Source of the DNA: Cyanobacteria bacterium P01_A01_bin.123
Lineage (GTDB): Bacteria; Cyanobacteriota; Cyanobacteriia; Phormidesmidales; Phormidesmidaceae
Direction: 5' to 3'
Assembly: GCA_039815185.1 (NCBI GenBank)
Contig: JBCBZT010000032.1
Coordinates: forward strand, 32,290 to 96,289
Length of the DNA stretch: 64,000 bases
In this document: piece by piece, positions 18,609 to 28,479 of the stretch
Numbering within the stretch: the stretch's first letter is position 1
Layout: every line of letters starts with the position of its first letter
Program-made: the position numbers and the translations under genes
Notes under the pieces: generated by a model
Told to the model about the DNA's origin: nothing
The model's database searches: none
Seen by the model: only the letters and a program-made list of their open reading frames with translations

Positions 18609-21263
18609 ATGTCTGCTTTGCGTTTCTTTCCCATTGCCAGCGTTTTTCTCCCCGCAGTGCTGAGTCTACCTCCAGCCCTGGCCCAAGCTTGCCCCCATGC
18701 GATTATCCGGATTGAATCCAGCCAAAGCGTTGATCAAGGGGCAATTTGCGACGCAGCCCAGCCTTGGGCTGCTGAGGGGTATGACGTGTTTGTCTTTTTA
18801 ACAGATGTCCAACCCGCTAGCGAAGACGCTTGGTATAGCCTGTTAGATGGTGTTGAGGCTGAAGCTGGGCTGCGCGATTTGACCGAGGAGGATGGATTTA
18901 ACACCAATGCGATCGCCTTGGAAGCCACAACTGCCCCGGTACCCTTTGGGGTGTCATTGACCTATGGGGAAGACTTTTACGGCACCCCTTTAGACACGAA
19001 TGATCAGGTTTTGAACGAGGTTCGCAACGCCCTTGAAGCTCAGCTAGAGCAAAACAATCCAACCCAGGCATTTGTAGAGGGTCTCAATTTGGCGCAGCAG
19101 GCGACCTTTGCTGGAACTGCCCCTAATGCTGCACCGACCCCTTTGCTTGAGCCAACTCTTGCGCCAGACGTAATTGCTGATGATCAGGGGAGTAATGGCT
19201 GGCGATCGCTGGTGGGTGGCGGCCTGATTTTGGGCGGTGGGACCGCTGGAGCGCTGAGCTATCGACGTAAGCGTCTGCGCAAAAAACTGGCGGATCTCCA
19301 GGGTAAAGCGGCAAACCTGATGATGATTTGCGAAGATCATCTCGCCGGGAATCAAACCGAGTTGATGATTCCTTACCAGCGGTTTGTCACCGTGGGTGGC
19401 GAGGTTTACCCAGATATGACTCGGCAGGTCAAAGCTTGGTTGCAAACCTGTCGCCAAGCTTTAGATGAAACCTTTGCCCTACATCAGCAGCTTAATGACG
19501 ATGACAGTCTATCCCTGACGAAGCAACTGGAAGCCTGGGAAGGGTTGTATATGATATTAGTGGGGAGCCGCGATCGCATTTTGAATCAAAGCGAAGCGCA
19601 ACTGCAAAACCTGCTCAATCCAACGCTGACGGTCGCAGAGACTCAACTTGCCAGCCCTGGTCTGAGTCAAAAACTGACCCAGGTTCAGCAAAAGCTACAA
19701 GGTACGCCGATTAAAGCCACCTTTACCCTGACCAAACCCAGCGATCAGGATTTAGAAGGCATTCTTGGCTACCTGGAACAGATCGAACAGCTGATTAACC
19801 GTCTGCGCAAAGCCCCCGAGCAGGCTGAAGAAAAACTGGCGCAGCTCAATCAGCAAAGACAGCAAATTGTGGCGACCCTCCCGGCCAGTTTGAACTTGTC
19901 TACGACCCAAGTGCTAGACAGCGCCGATCAACAGTTGGTCGAAGCCAAAACTGCCGCTGAAGCAGAGCGATATCTCGACACCCTGGCAATTGGCACACAG
20001 CTGACGGCGTCTTTCAAAACGCTAAGCCGATTGGCCCCTGTGTTTGACACTCACGACCAACAGCAAGCGCAAATTCAGGCTTGGGTGGCCCTGGGTTATC
20101 GTCCCCCGCAACTCCCCCTGACCCAAAGGGTAGTGAATAAAACCCTAGAATCCCTTAAGGAGCGGCTGACCACCGGGAACTATGATGCCGCGGAGAAGAC
20201 ACTGAATCAATTTGAAACCGACAGTGAAAATGCTTTCCAAACGGCTCAGCAGTGGCAGCAGCAGCACCAAGACAACATTGCTCGCCTAGGGGAGCTGCAA
20301 TCCAGTTACGACGATTCAGTCAGCTACCTGAATCAAACAGTTGCCCCAGCTTGGCAGACGCTACAAACCTACCCCGAAGGCAACTGGCAGGATATTGTCA
20401 CCGCCATGCCCCAAGCCACTGAGTTGCTCAACACCGTAGCCCGTCAAGATTTACCCCAACTGGCTGAATTCAACAGTCTGGAGCATCAAGACTTTACTGC
20501 CTTTAAGCGTGAAACCGAAGCCACTGGACAACGGTTACACCAAATTCAGCAGCACTTCACCACGGTGACCAATCGCCTGCGGGCGATTCAAACGGCAGAG
20601 CAAAGACTGTCTCACGATTTTGTAGATACTACAGTCGCGATCGCCCATGTAGAAAATGCCTGCACTAAAAAGCTTTTGGGGCTGATTGCGGTTAGTAAAC
20701 CCGATGGCCGTCTCGAAGTCGCTCAACAACAACTAGCTCAGGCTCAAACCTACCTCGGTCAGCGAGAAATCTGGGCGGCTCTCGAGACCCAAGATGAAGC
20801 CCGGCGATTGCTGCTGGTGGTTTATGGCGACGAACTCAATGCCCGTGGCGTGCAAGTTGCCAGCCTAGTCAATCAGCATAAGGCTAGGGGGGCAGGCCGC
20901 GCTAGTTTGAATCAAGCCATCAACCAAATCAAAAGCGAAGCCGAAATTCGCAGCACCAGCCGACAAGCGTTGTGGCAGATGTACCACAACGCCAGCCAAG
21001 CTGAACAACTCTTAGCTGAGGCCAAACGCGCTGCCAACCAAGCCATCCGTCGATATAACTCGTCGTCGTCGCACTCAAGCTATAGTTACCGCAGCAGCAA
21101 CACAGGATTCAGTCGCTCCACGAGTAGCAGGACGCGCTCGTCGAGTTCGTCGAGCTTTCGCTCATCAAGTTCTCGCTCGTCATCCCGGCGCTCGTCATCG
21201 AGTTCTCGCTCGTCATCCCGGCGCTCGTCATCCAGTTCCCGTGGGTCATCCCGCCGCCGATAA
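18609..21263 (+). CDS. Large membrane-anchored protein: signal peptide, TPM-like domain, TM, long helical/coiled-coil region, Ser/Arg-rich tail
   Basis: 884-aa ORF; hydrophobic N-terminus ending ALA, TM followed by YRRKRLRKK, Q/E/L-rich heptads. Confidence 0.7.
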   Translation: MSALRFFPIASVFLPAVLSLPPALAQACPHAIIRIESSQSVDQGAICDAAQPWAAEGYDVFVFLTDVQPASEDAWYSLLDGVEAEAGLRDLTEEDGFNTNAIALEATTAPVPFGVSLTYGEDFYGTPLDTNDQVLNEVRNALEAQLEQNNPTQAFVEGLNLAQQATFAGTAPNAAPTPLLEPTLAPDVIADDQGSNGWRSLVGGGLILGGGTAGALSYRRKRLRKKLADLQGKAANLMMICEDHLAGNQTELMIPYQRFVTVGGEVYPDMTRQVKAWLQTCRQALDETFALHQQLNDDDSLSLTKQLEAWEGLYMILVGSRDRILNQSEAQLQNLLNPTLTVAETQLASPGLSQKLTQVQQKLQGTPIKATFTLTKPSDQDLEGILGYLEQIEQLINRLRKAPEQAEEKLAQLNQQRQQIVATLPASLNLSTTQVLDSADQQLVEAKTAAEAERYLDTLAIGTQLTASFKTLSRLAPVFDTHDQQQAQIQAWVALGYRPPQLPLTQRVVNKTLESLKERLTTGNYDAAEKTLNQFETDSENAFQTAQQWQQQHQDNIARLGELQSSYDDSVSYLNQTVAPAWQTLQTYPEGNWQDIVTAMPQATELLNTVARQDLPQLAEFNSLEHQDFTAFKRETEATGQRLHQIQQHFTTVTNRLRAIQTAEQRLSHDFVDTTVAIAHVENACTKKLLGLIAVSKPDGRLEVAQQQLAQAQTYLGQREIWAALETQDEARRLLLVVYGDELNARGVQVASLVNQHKARGAGRASLNQAINQIKSEAEIRSTSRQALWQMYHNASQAEQLLAEAKRAANQAIRRYNSSSSHSSYSYRSSNTGFSRSTSSRTRSSSSSSFRSSSSRSSSRRSSSSSRSSSRRSSSSSRGSSRRR
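21165..21263 (+). repeat. 33-bp tandem coding repeat (~3 copies) encoding SSSRSSSRRSS
   Basis: Units start at 21165, 21198 and 21231 (third is degenerate). Confidence 0.85.
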
Positions 21264-21347
21264 GATTGCAACCGGGTCAGAGGGTTTCCCATTGGGTTCA
21301 ATAAGATGAGAGAATATTAAACTAATGTTTACGTAACTTTACTTCCT

Positions 21348-21680
21348 ATGGCTGAAATTCAATTTATTCAGGGCGTTGCGGAAGAAACTGTCCCTGACAT
21401 CCGGCTTACCCGTGCCCGCGACGGCAGCGACGGCACAGCCACCTTCTACTTTGAAAATCCTAAAGCCTTAGAAGGCAATGATGGCGAAATTACCGGTTTG
21501 TACTTGGTAGATGAAGAAGGACGACTGACCAGTCGCAAGGTCAACGCCAAGTTTATTAACGGTGAACCAGCTGGCCTGGAAGCTGTTTATTTAATGAAAA
21601 GTGTGGAAGAGTGGGATCGGTTTATGCGCTTTATGGAACGATATGCCGAGAAAAACGATCTTGGCTTTTCTAAGAGTTAG
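21348..21680 (+). CDS. psb28: Photosystem II reaction centre protein Psb28
   Basis: [22 protein letters not shown]...[12 protein letters not shown]. Confidence 0.96.
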   Translation: MAEIQFIQGVAEETVPDIRLTRARDGSDGTATFYFENPKALEGNDGEITGLYLVDEEGRLTSRKVNAKFINGEPAGLEAVYLMKSVEEWDRFMRFMERYAEKNDLGFSKS

Positions 21681-22280
21681 GTTTTACATGGCTTCTTCTT
21701 GTGAATGCCTCAATGTCTTAGGTCTGTATACTAAACCTCGTTCACATCGAAAACCATGGGTTTTCCTAAAGCTAAAACCCATGGTTTTAAGCTGCATGTG
21801 GTTTATTCGTCACGGTGAACCGACAGCGGATCGCTGAACCCGATCCTGTCAATAACGGCGAACCCTTGCTGGATAAACGCCGAAGCATTTCCTTTAAGCC
21901 ATCATCGTTGCAATCAAAACCAATAAAAAAGAGGTACTTTGCAGCACCTCTAATGCACAGACCCAATTCCAAGTTCTAGATTCTTAACCCAATGGTCTAT
22001 TGACCATCGACTGAGGCAAGCTGATTGGACTTACTTAAAGCCAACAGCCGCTTGCCACACAAAGGCTAAAAGCAGGAAGAATAAGGGAATCAGAGGTAGA
22101 ACATCGACCAATGGGTCGAACAACGAATAAGCCTCAGGCAACTTTGCTAGTAGCATGGCTGCTTCCATGGAAAACTCCGTCTCTCAAACACAATTTTAAG
22201 AATTGCCAAATATCGTAACATGTTCTGCGGATCATCCCGTGACAGAATTTGCAGTACTTTGGGAATATAAGACATGAGCA

Positions 22281-24050
22281 GTGTGTCCAATGGGGCGGCA
22301 AATGAAACCGATCAATAACCATGGACACAGCAGAGATTTGAGGCGATCGCTGGGGCAAGTTCTAACTGTGGCCGGACTTGGTTTTACAGGGAGCATGCTA
22401 ACTCTCATGCCTGCGATGGCCAACTCTCCGCAAATCGCCCAGGCAACCTTTGAAACACTGGAAGATTTTGGCTATTGGGCCAATCTTTGCCGTCTTTCCG
22501 TCAGCGCAGCCGACTACGAAAATGCCTTAATGGCTTGTGAACAAGCGATCGCCTTGCGGCCCAATGATTCTGGGATGTGGGCTGAGCGCAGTGGCATTTT
22601 GTTACAGACTGAGGCTTATCCCGACGCGATCGCCTCTGCCAATAAAGCCCTCGAACTCGATGACGCTAACTCCCTCGCCCTGACCTACCGCTGCATGGCT
22701 TTCTCTGCCCTGGGTCAAAATGAACAGGCGCTTGATGCCTGTAATCAGGCGCTCCGGGTTGATGGTAACTGGGGTAGCCAATCGCCAGCACTGGCCTGGT
22801 TGCAGCGGGGCGTCATTCTTTTGGCCGATGTAGAGTATGAGCAAGCGATTGTGGCCTTCGATCGGACCCTGCTATTAGAGCCAGAAGACTCCCGTACCCT
22901 GGTGTATCGTTGCCAAACCCTGCTAGCGGTGGGGGATTACCCAGGGGCTGTCAACAGTTGCCAAAATGCCCTTGATGGTAATGGCAACTGGGGTATAGAG
23001 GGCCCTGCGATCGCCCTGGCAACCCAAGGCCAAGCGTTGGTAGAACTGAGGGATTACACTGCTGCCAGTGCAGCCTTTGACGAATCCCTGCGGCTCGACC
23101 CCAGCCAAGCCGATACCTGGATTGCCCAGGGCAACCTGCTGGCCCAATTAGGCCAAGGCGAGCGATCGAGCCAACAAGAACGCTCCCGCGAGGCCTTGAT
23201 TGCCTATACCCGTGCCGTAGAACTGCGCCCTACCGATGCCCAAGCACTGCTGGGGCAATGCACCATGTTCAATCGTGTCGGTGAGTATGACATGGCAGCA
23301 GCGGCTTGTTTAGCTGCCATTCAAGGGGATGGCAACTGGGGACGCGATCGCGAATTTGTTGATGCCCTCAACCAGCAAAGTATCGCTCTCACAGGACAGG
23401 GCAGCTACGAAGAAGCCTTGGCTGCGATTAACCGCGTCGTCGGCTTGCGTCCCGAAGATGCCCAAAGCTGGAACCACCAAGGCGTGATTCTGTGGTATTT
23501 GATGCGCTACGAGGCGGCGTTAAACGCCAATCAAAGGGCCCTCGATCTCAATCCAAATCTCGCCCTAGCCTGGTTCAATCGCGGCATTATCTTCCGCACG
23601 TTGCAACAACACGAGCAAGCACTTGCGATGTACGACCAGGCGATTGACCTCGATCCGTTTTCGGCACCCGTGTGGGCCAATCGCAGCGTGGCCCTCTGGC
23701 ATTTACAGCGCTATCAAGCGGCGTTAGAGTCGGCTGATCGGGCCATAACCATTGATCCAATGTCAGTGCAAGCCTTGTACAACAAAGGCGCGGCGCTGTC
23801 TTCCCTCGAACGCCATGCAGAAGCTCTGGCTGCCTTTGAACAAGCCCTGCGGGTTGATCCCCGCAATGCCGACGCACTTACGGGACGGGGTATTGCCCTG
23901 GTTCGGTTGGGGCGTTTAGAAGAAGGGGGCGCAACTTTACAAGCAGCGTTGAGCATCGATCCAGCGCAACCCCTGGCCCAAGCCGCGCTGGTGTCCTTGC
24001 AACAGCTCATTCAAGAACAACAGCAGCAGCAGCAAATGATGATGCCTTGA
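22281..24050 (+). CDS. Secreted tetratricopeptide-repeat protein
   Basis: Signal-like N-terminus, many TPR units, recurring DGNWG insert; start uncertain. Confidence 0.85.
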   Translation: MCPMGRQMKPINNHGHSRDLRRSLGQVLTVAGLGFTGSMLTLMPAMANSPQIAQATFETLEDFGYWANLCRLSVSAADYENALMACEQAIALRPNDSGMWAERSGILLQTEAYPDAIASANKALELDDANSLALTYRCMAFSALGQNEQALDACNQALRVDGNWGSQSPALAWLQRGVILLADVEYEQAIVAFDRTLLLEPEDSRTLVYRCQTLLAVGDYPGAVNSCQNALDGNGNWGIEGPAIALATQGQALVELRDYTAASAAFDESLRLDPSQADTWIAQGNLLAQLGQGERSSQQERSREALIAYTRAVELRPTDAQALLGQCTMFNRVGEYDMAAAACLAAIQGDGNWGRDREFVDALNQQSIALTGQGSYEEALAAINRVVGLRPEDAQSWNHQGVILWYLMRYEAALNANQRALDLNPNLALAWFNRGIIFRTLQQHEQALAMYDQAIDLDPFSAPVWANRSVALWHLQRYQAALESADRAITIDPMSVQALYNKGAALSSLERHAEALAAFEQALRVDPRNADALTGRGIALVRLGRLEEGGATLQAALSIDPAQPLAQAALVSLQQLIQEQQQQQQMMMP

Positions 24051-24223
24051 AAGATTCGACCTATGGCTAGGTGCTATCGACACCTGGGTTCAGGACAATA
24101 AGCCTGCAGTGAGCAAGCCAACTCCTGTTTTTCTAAGTTTTTCTAAAAAGATGGCGCGATCGCGCCTTTATGTCTGGAAATAAGCGCGATCGCGTAAGAT
24201 TGGATCTACTCAATTTTATCGTC

Positions 24224-24433
24224 TTAAATACCTGGGATTTCAGATAGTTCACACTTTAGCTCTTCAACTGAGAAACGCATTGTTTCTTGCCATTCTTCGA
24301 TAGTAAAATCATAACCGTACTGCTGAGCCAGCAATACGAAATCATTAGGATTCGGCATTGCATTGAGCGCTTCTTTCAGGGAGGGATTGGCCTGAGCTTC
24401 CCGGTATAGGCGAACAATCTGTTCCTTAGCCAT
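24224..24433 (-). CDS. Nif11-like leader-peptide family protein
   Basis: MAKEQIVRLY..AQANPSLKEAL...FVLLAQQYGYDFTIEEW matches the Nif11 pattern. Confidence 0.75.
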   Translation of the reverse strand: MAKEQIVRLYREAQANPSLKEALNAMPNPNDFVLLAQQYGYDFTIEEWQETMRFSVEELKCELSEIPGI

Positions 24434-24744
24434 TGCTACGATTCTCCGATAAGATTCACTATAAGCCTACTGGCTGAACTCAAAGATGTGCTAAATGTTA
24501 AACATTTTATAAGCGCTTGTCACGTTGTTTAATGTATTTGCTGAAAATGGGCTTGAGAAAATATAAACTGGCTGCTGCTTGAGTCATTCAAGGCTTTTAA
24601 GGGAGCGTCTTCCCAACCCAGATTGAATGACGATAATCATCGGTAAAACATTATTTAAACTGAGCAAATGCCGACAAAAAGCAGCGATAATTTTTCTATC
24701 AACCAGGGGCGTCCTGGGTGACTTGACTCAATTGGGGTAAATCG

Positions 24745-27180
24745 GTGGTTTTCCAACAGATTTCTCAAGCCATACTCAGACGTTATCTTTTGCGTTACCC
24801 AGAGCCAGTCCGGGTGGTGCGCTATAACGACTTGACCCAACAAGCCTGGTTGTTACCGTCGCTGAAGGCGATCGCGCCTGAAGTTTTACCGAATTCAACT
24901 GACGCTGAGATTTCAAAGGCAGGGGATGCAAGTCGCTTGGTTGCAGATGCTGGGCTACAACCATCCAGACGGTACTACCACCAATACGCCTGTGAGATTG
25001 CGGATCCGCTCAACTGTGGCTTGGTCTTTGCTGCAGGACAGCAGAATCCGCAATGTACAGCCTGTAGCATCTGTGGATTCCCAGCCTTTTTGCCTGAGGG
25101 GAAGACAATCATAGGGCGCTTGGGCACGTATCGGATTCAAAGCAGTTTAGGACGACGGGGACTAGGAAGACTTTACACTGCACGACAAAGCAAGTCAGAG
25201 CAGCAGGTGACCATCAAGCAATATCTGTTGCCGGGTCAGTACTTTAGCGCCGAAGAACAACGCGAGCGGCAGGCGGCCTTTGTCAGTTTGGCAGGATTGA
25301 ATCTAGCTGATGGTCGGCAGCAAGCACTACGGGTGATTCGCCCCATCGAAGCGATCGCAGATCAAAAGACTGGCCAATGTTATTTGGTCACACCGATTGA
25401 AGATGCCCAACCCACGCTGAATCAACAGTTAAAGCAGGGGCCGTGGACAGCGATTGAAGTGCGTCAATTTCTAGATCAAACCCTGCAGACCCTAGTAGGG
25501 CTGCATGAACAACGATTTTCCTTACCTTTGGGACAGCTGCAAGCGGGCATTACCCACGGCAACGTGCAGCTTGAAAGCTGTTTGATGGTGGTTAAGGGAG
25601 CCCATCGATTCATCTACTTAACAGATGTCACGCTGTGGGAACAGTTGTTTGACCCGACGCGTACCGATCCACCGCCCCCACAACCCCAAGCTGATTTGGA
25701 AGCGTTGGGCTATACGGCGTTTTATCTGTTGCAGGGGGCCGTAGTGGATGGGGACGGCAATGTGCTCTCCCCCAACCTGGATTTACATTGGTTGCCGGTA
25801 CATCCGCCGCTGAAGCAATTTATTTTGCAACTGGTTAACAGCGATCGCGACTTACCCAGCGCGACAGCAGCCCGCAATGCCCTCTTGAAAATTCCCCCAG
25901 AACCCACGCGCAGCCAGTATGCGGCGGCAGCAGAGATAGAACCCCAAAAGTCTCGGCGGTGGCTGGGATGGGTAGGGGTTTTGGTGGCAGCGTTGTTGCT
26001 GGCGACTGTCGGGACATTAATCTGGCTACTGGTGCGATCGCGGTTGGCAACCGTTGCCGCTGAAACCCCACCAGTGTGCTGCTTAGATGCAGTTGGAGCG
26101 GCCCCAGAAGGGACATTTTTGTACACCAGTGTAGTGGGAGATGGCTGGGCCAGATTTTGGATCGCTAATCGCCCCGTTCAAGCTATGGCGTCAGCCAATC
26201 AGTCTGAGAACAGTGGGCCTGAGCTTGAGGACCCCGCCAGTACACCAACGGACTCTACCCAAGCAGAGCGGGTTCAGGCATCGACTGGGCAACTCCCGAC
26301 TTTGGTTACCCAATTACGGCAGGGGCAACCCACCTTTCAGTTGGTCTATCAACCCAGCCAATCTTTTGAAATGGCGATCGCAGCAGTGCAGCAAGGCCAA
26401 GCCGCTTTTGCCGTACTGCCCCTGACCGAATCCATCCCGGAAGACCTACAGGCAGATGTGGTGGCCTACGATGGCCTGGTAGCGTTTGTGGCGTTTAATG
26501 CCCCCACGCGATCGCGCGGCTTACCCAATGCCCTTAGGGGGCAAATCACCCAAGATCAGCTGGTGCAACTCTACACCGGAGAACTCACCGATTGGCAAAA
26601 AACGGCCCAGGTTACTTTGCCCCTGCAACTGTATTTACCAGAGGATCCCAGCGCTATTACCTTATTTGGCCAGCGGATCTTGCAAACCCCGGCTCAAATT
26701 GCAGCCTATGAAGCTTACATTCCCCAAACAGCAGGCGTTTTACCGCCCCTAGACATGCTGCGGACAATTATCAAAGACTTTGAAGTACGCACCGTCGGCA
26801 GTATCGGCTTTGCTCCCCTCAGCACGATTGCCAGCCAATGCTCGATTTATCCCCTGGCCATTCAAATCGATCGGGAGACGTCTATCCAACCGATGCGCCT
26901 CCGGACTGGAGAACCGATCAGCCCAGACACTAACCTCTGTGCTCGCAAAGGCAGCTACGGGCCTGATAGCGAAGCCTTCCGGCAGGAGATCTACCCCTTG
27001 GCCTACCCCATTGCCGTGGTGTACGCCCGTGATAATCGCCGTCCCAAGGTGGGGGCTAAATTCACGGAGTTACTGCGAACGGTGGAAGGGCAGGAATTTT
27101 TACAACAAGCGGGCTTTGTCCCTTGGAAAGCAATACCTGAGCTACCTGCCGATGCCGATGCTCAGAACGAGAGCCGTTGA
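24745..27180 (+). CDS. Ser/Thr-kinase-like domain + TM + PstS-like periplasmic binding domain
   Basis: Cys-rich N-terminus, LGRRGLGRLY, VTIKQY, THGNV, a TM segment, then VAYDGLVAFV...YPLAYPIAVVY. Confidence 0.75.
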   Translation: MVFQQISQAILRRYLLRYPEPVRVVRYNDLTQQAWLLPSLKAIAPEVLPNSTDAEISKAGDASRLVADAGLQPSRRYYHQYACEIADPLNCGLVFAAGQQNPQCTACSICGFPAFLPEGKTIIGRLGTYRIQSSLGRRGLGRLYTARQSKSEQQVTIKQYLLPGQYFSAEEQRERQAAFVSLAGLNLADGRQQALRVIRPIEAIADQKTGQCYLVTPIEDAQPTLNQQLKQGPWTAIEVRQFLDQTLQTLVGLHEQRFSLPLGQLQAGITHGNVQLESCLMVVKGAHRFIYLTDVTLWEQLFDPTRTDPPPPQPQADLEALGYTAFYLLQGAVVDGDGNVLSPNLDLHWLPVHPPLKQFILQLVNSDRDLPSATAARNALLKIPPEPTRSQYAAAAEIEPQKSRRWLGWVGVLVAALLLATVGTLIWLLVRSRLATVAAETPPVCCLDAVGAAPEGTFLYTSVVGDGWARFWIANRPVQAMASANQSENSGPELEDPASTPTDSTQAERVQASTGQLPTLVTQLRQGQPTFQLVYQPSQSFEMAIAAVQQGQAAFAVLPLTESIPEDLQADVVAYDGLVAFVAFNAPTRSRGLPNALRGQITQDQLVQLYTGELTDWQKTAQVTLPLQLYLPEDPSAITLFGQRILQTPAQIAAYEAYIPQTAGVLPPLDMLRTIIKDFEVRTVGSIGFAPLSTIASQCSIYPLAIQIDRETSIQPMRLRTGEPISPDTNLCARKGSYGPDSEAFRQEIYPLAYPIAVVYARDNRRPKVGAKFTELLRTVEGQEFLQQAGFVPWKAIPELPADADAQNESR

Positions 27181-27389
27181 ATCAGATCTATCAGGCTGAT
27201 CTATTACGCCGCAGAGACACCATGCAAAGTATCCAAGGGGTGATCTGTATCAGCCCTATTGACCACTCCCATCACACCTCAACACCAAAATTGTCACTGC
27301 CCAGCAGATACCTCAATCACCCACCGAATCGGGTATTCACGAGATTATTGATCTTGTCAGCACAAACACCCCATCCAGGAGCCCCCACC

Positions 27390-27566
27390 ATGAACTTTAT
27401 TTATCGCGGCGTTGCTTTTAACGCGGGCGTTACCGGAACCCCCGCCCAGGAAACCGAACAAACCGGAACTTTCCTAGGGAAGCGCTACCAAATGAAACAA
27501 GCTCAAGTTGCTCACCGCCGGTCTGCGACTGAACTGAAGTATCGCGGCGTTAGCTACACCCGTTAG
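27390..27566 (+). CDS. DUF4278-type small protein
   Basis: MNFIYRGVAF...GTFLG...LKYRGVSY with the YRGV motif twice; AGGAG RBS upstream. Confidence 0.8.
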   Translation: MNFIYRGVAFNAGVTGTPAQETEQTGTFLGKRYQMKQAQVAHRRSATELKYRGVSYTR

Positions 27567-27619
27567 GCCTCAGACATCAAAAGCTTCAAGCATTTCTCTC
27601 TCTAGTTTCCCAGTGAATC

Positions 27620-27647
27620 CCCCCACCTTTCCGGTGGGGGCTTTTTT
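27620..27647 (+). terminator. Intrinsic terminator
   Basis: CCCCCACC-TTTCC-GGTGGGGG followed by CTTTTTT. Confidence 0.85.
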
Positions 27648-27833
27648 CATGGATACCTTGTTGAGACTTGTTTTGAGGTTTGTTTATTAGTATCGACAAT
27701 TTCACAGATACTTCACAATCAATCTTGATTTCAGTTCGTTTGTAAAGGCATATCTAGTATTAGCAATCACCCCTATCAGGGAATCACTTTTCAATGTATA
27801 AATGGTCTTGATCCCCTTCGTTTGAGGTAATCC

Positions 27834-27917
27834 ATGTTTTTTGCATTTTCACTTGGAGCCATCGTTGGGTGCATTCTCCTAGGAAGTTTGCTTCGTATCG
27901 CTACTACGTGGCATTAG
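27834..27917 (+). CDS. Putative 27-aa single-TM peptide MFFAFSLGAIVGCILLGSLLRIATTWH
   Basis: GAGGT RBS 5 nt upstream of ATG; hydrophobic; below the ORF-track cutoff. Confidence 0.45.
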   Translation: MFFAFSLGAIVGCILLGSLLRIATTWH

Positions 27918-28360
27918 CTTTGATTAAAGACGCATCTGATTGGGAATATTGGTCAGGGGTGCAGGACTCTACTCGCCTACAAAGAAAGCCATAAATCTAT
28001 ATATAGCCAAGGTTCAAAGAATCAGGGCTTATCCGTCTTCATCGTTTTAGGCCAGCCAGATGTCTTTATTAATAATGCTTTTATTGGGGCTTTTAGTACC
28101 GATTTTCTTGTACGTATTGGCAAGTATTTTTCTATGGCCGCTGCTATTTAATTCCGACGATTAATTCAATCATAACTATAGATAAGCTAGTCGTAAAAAA
28201 ACTGTGGCGTTTGCAAAATTTTCTGCCTCACAGCTTCAGTCTGGGCGGCTTTAGAGCAACGCTGTTGACTAGATAGCACGCAAGCCTTGGGAACGGCGTT
28301 ATTTTTCTTCTCTGACCATAGTCTTACTTGATACGGGCTTGATATGGGGTTCCCTGGCAC

Positions 28361-28383
28361 AATATACTACATTGTAGTATATT
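28361..28383. promoter_or_regulatory. Palindromic operator AATATACTACA-T-TGTAGTATATT
   Basis: Perfect 11-bp arms upstream of the vat-kptA-rtcB operon. Confidence 0.8.
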
Positions 28384-28479
28384 GAATCTGTCGCTTGTTA
28401 ATGTAAACCCATTAAGCTCTCACTAGCTTTAATCGTGCGGGGGGTTAGTTACACGGCGATTGATGTGAAATGGGCGTTT

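Noticed and set aside
21165..21263. 33-bp repeats considered as a CRISPR array
   Set aside because: Tandem with no spacers, in frame within a CDS, and no cas genes in the window
21086..21301. Minus-strand ORF with RELDDERRDDE repeats
   Set aside because: Antisense shadow of the Ser/Arg coding repeat
21327..21345. HLR1/RpaB-like direct repeat before psb28
   Set aside because: Match too degenerate to support
27177..27389. N-terminal extension of ORF 27177..27566, and a glutamine riboswitch call for this leader
   Set aside because: RBS and family pattern point to ATG 27390; the known glnA/downstream-peptide consensus could not be matched by eye
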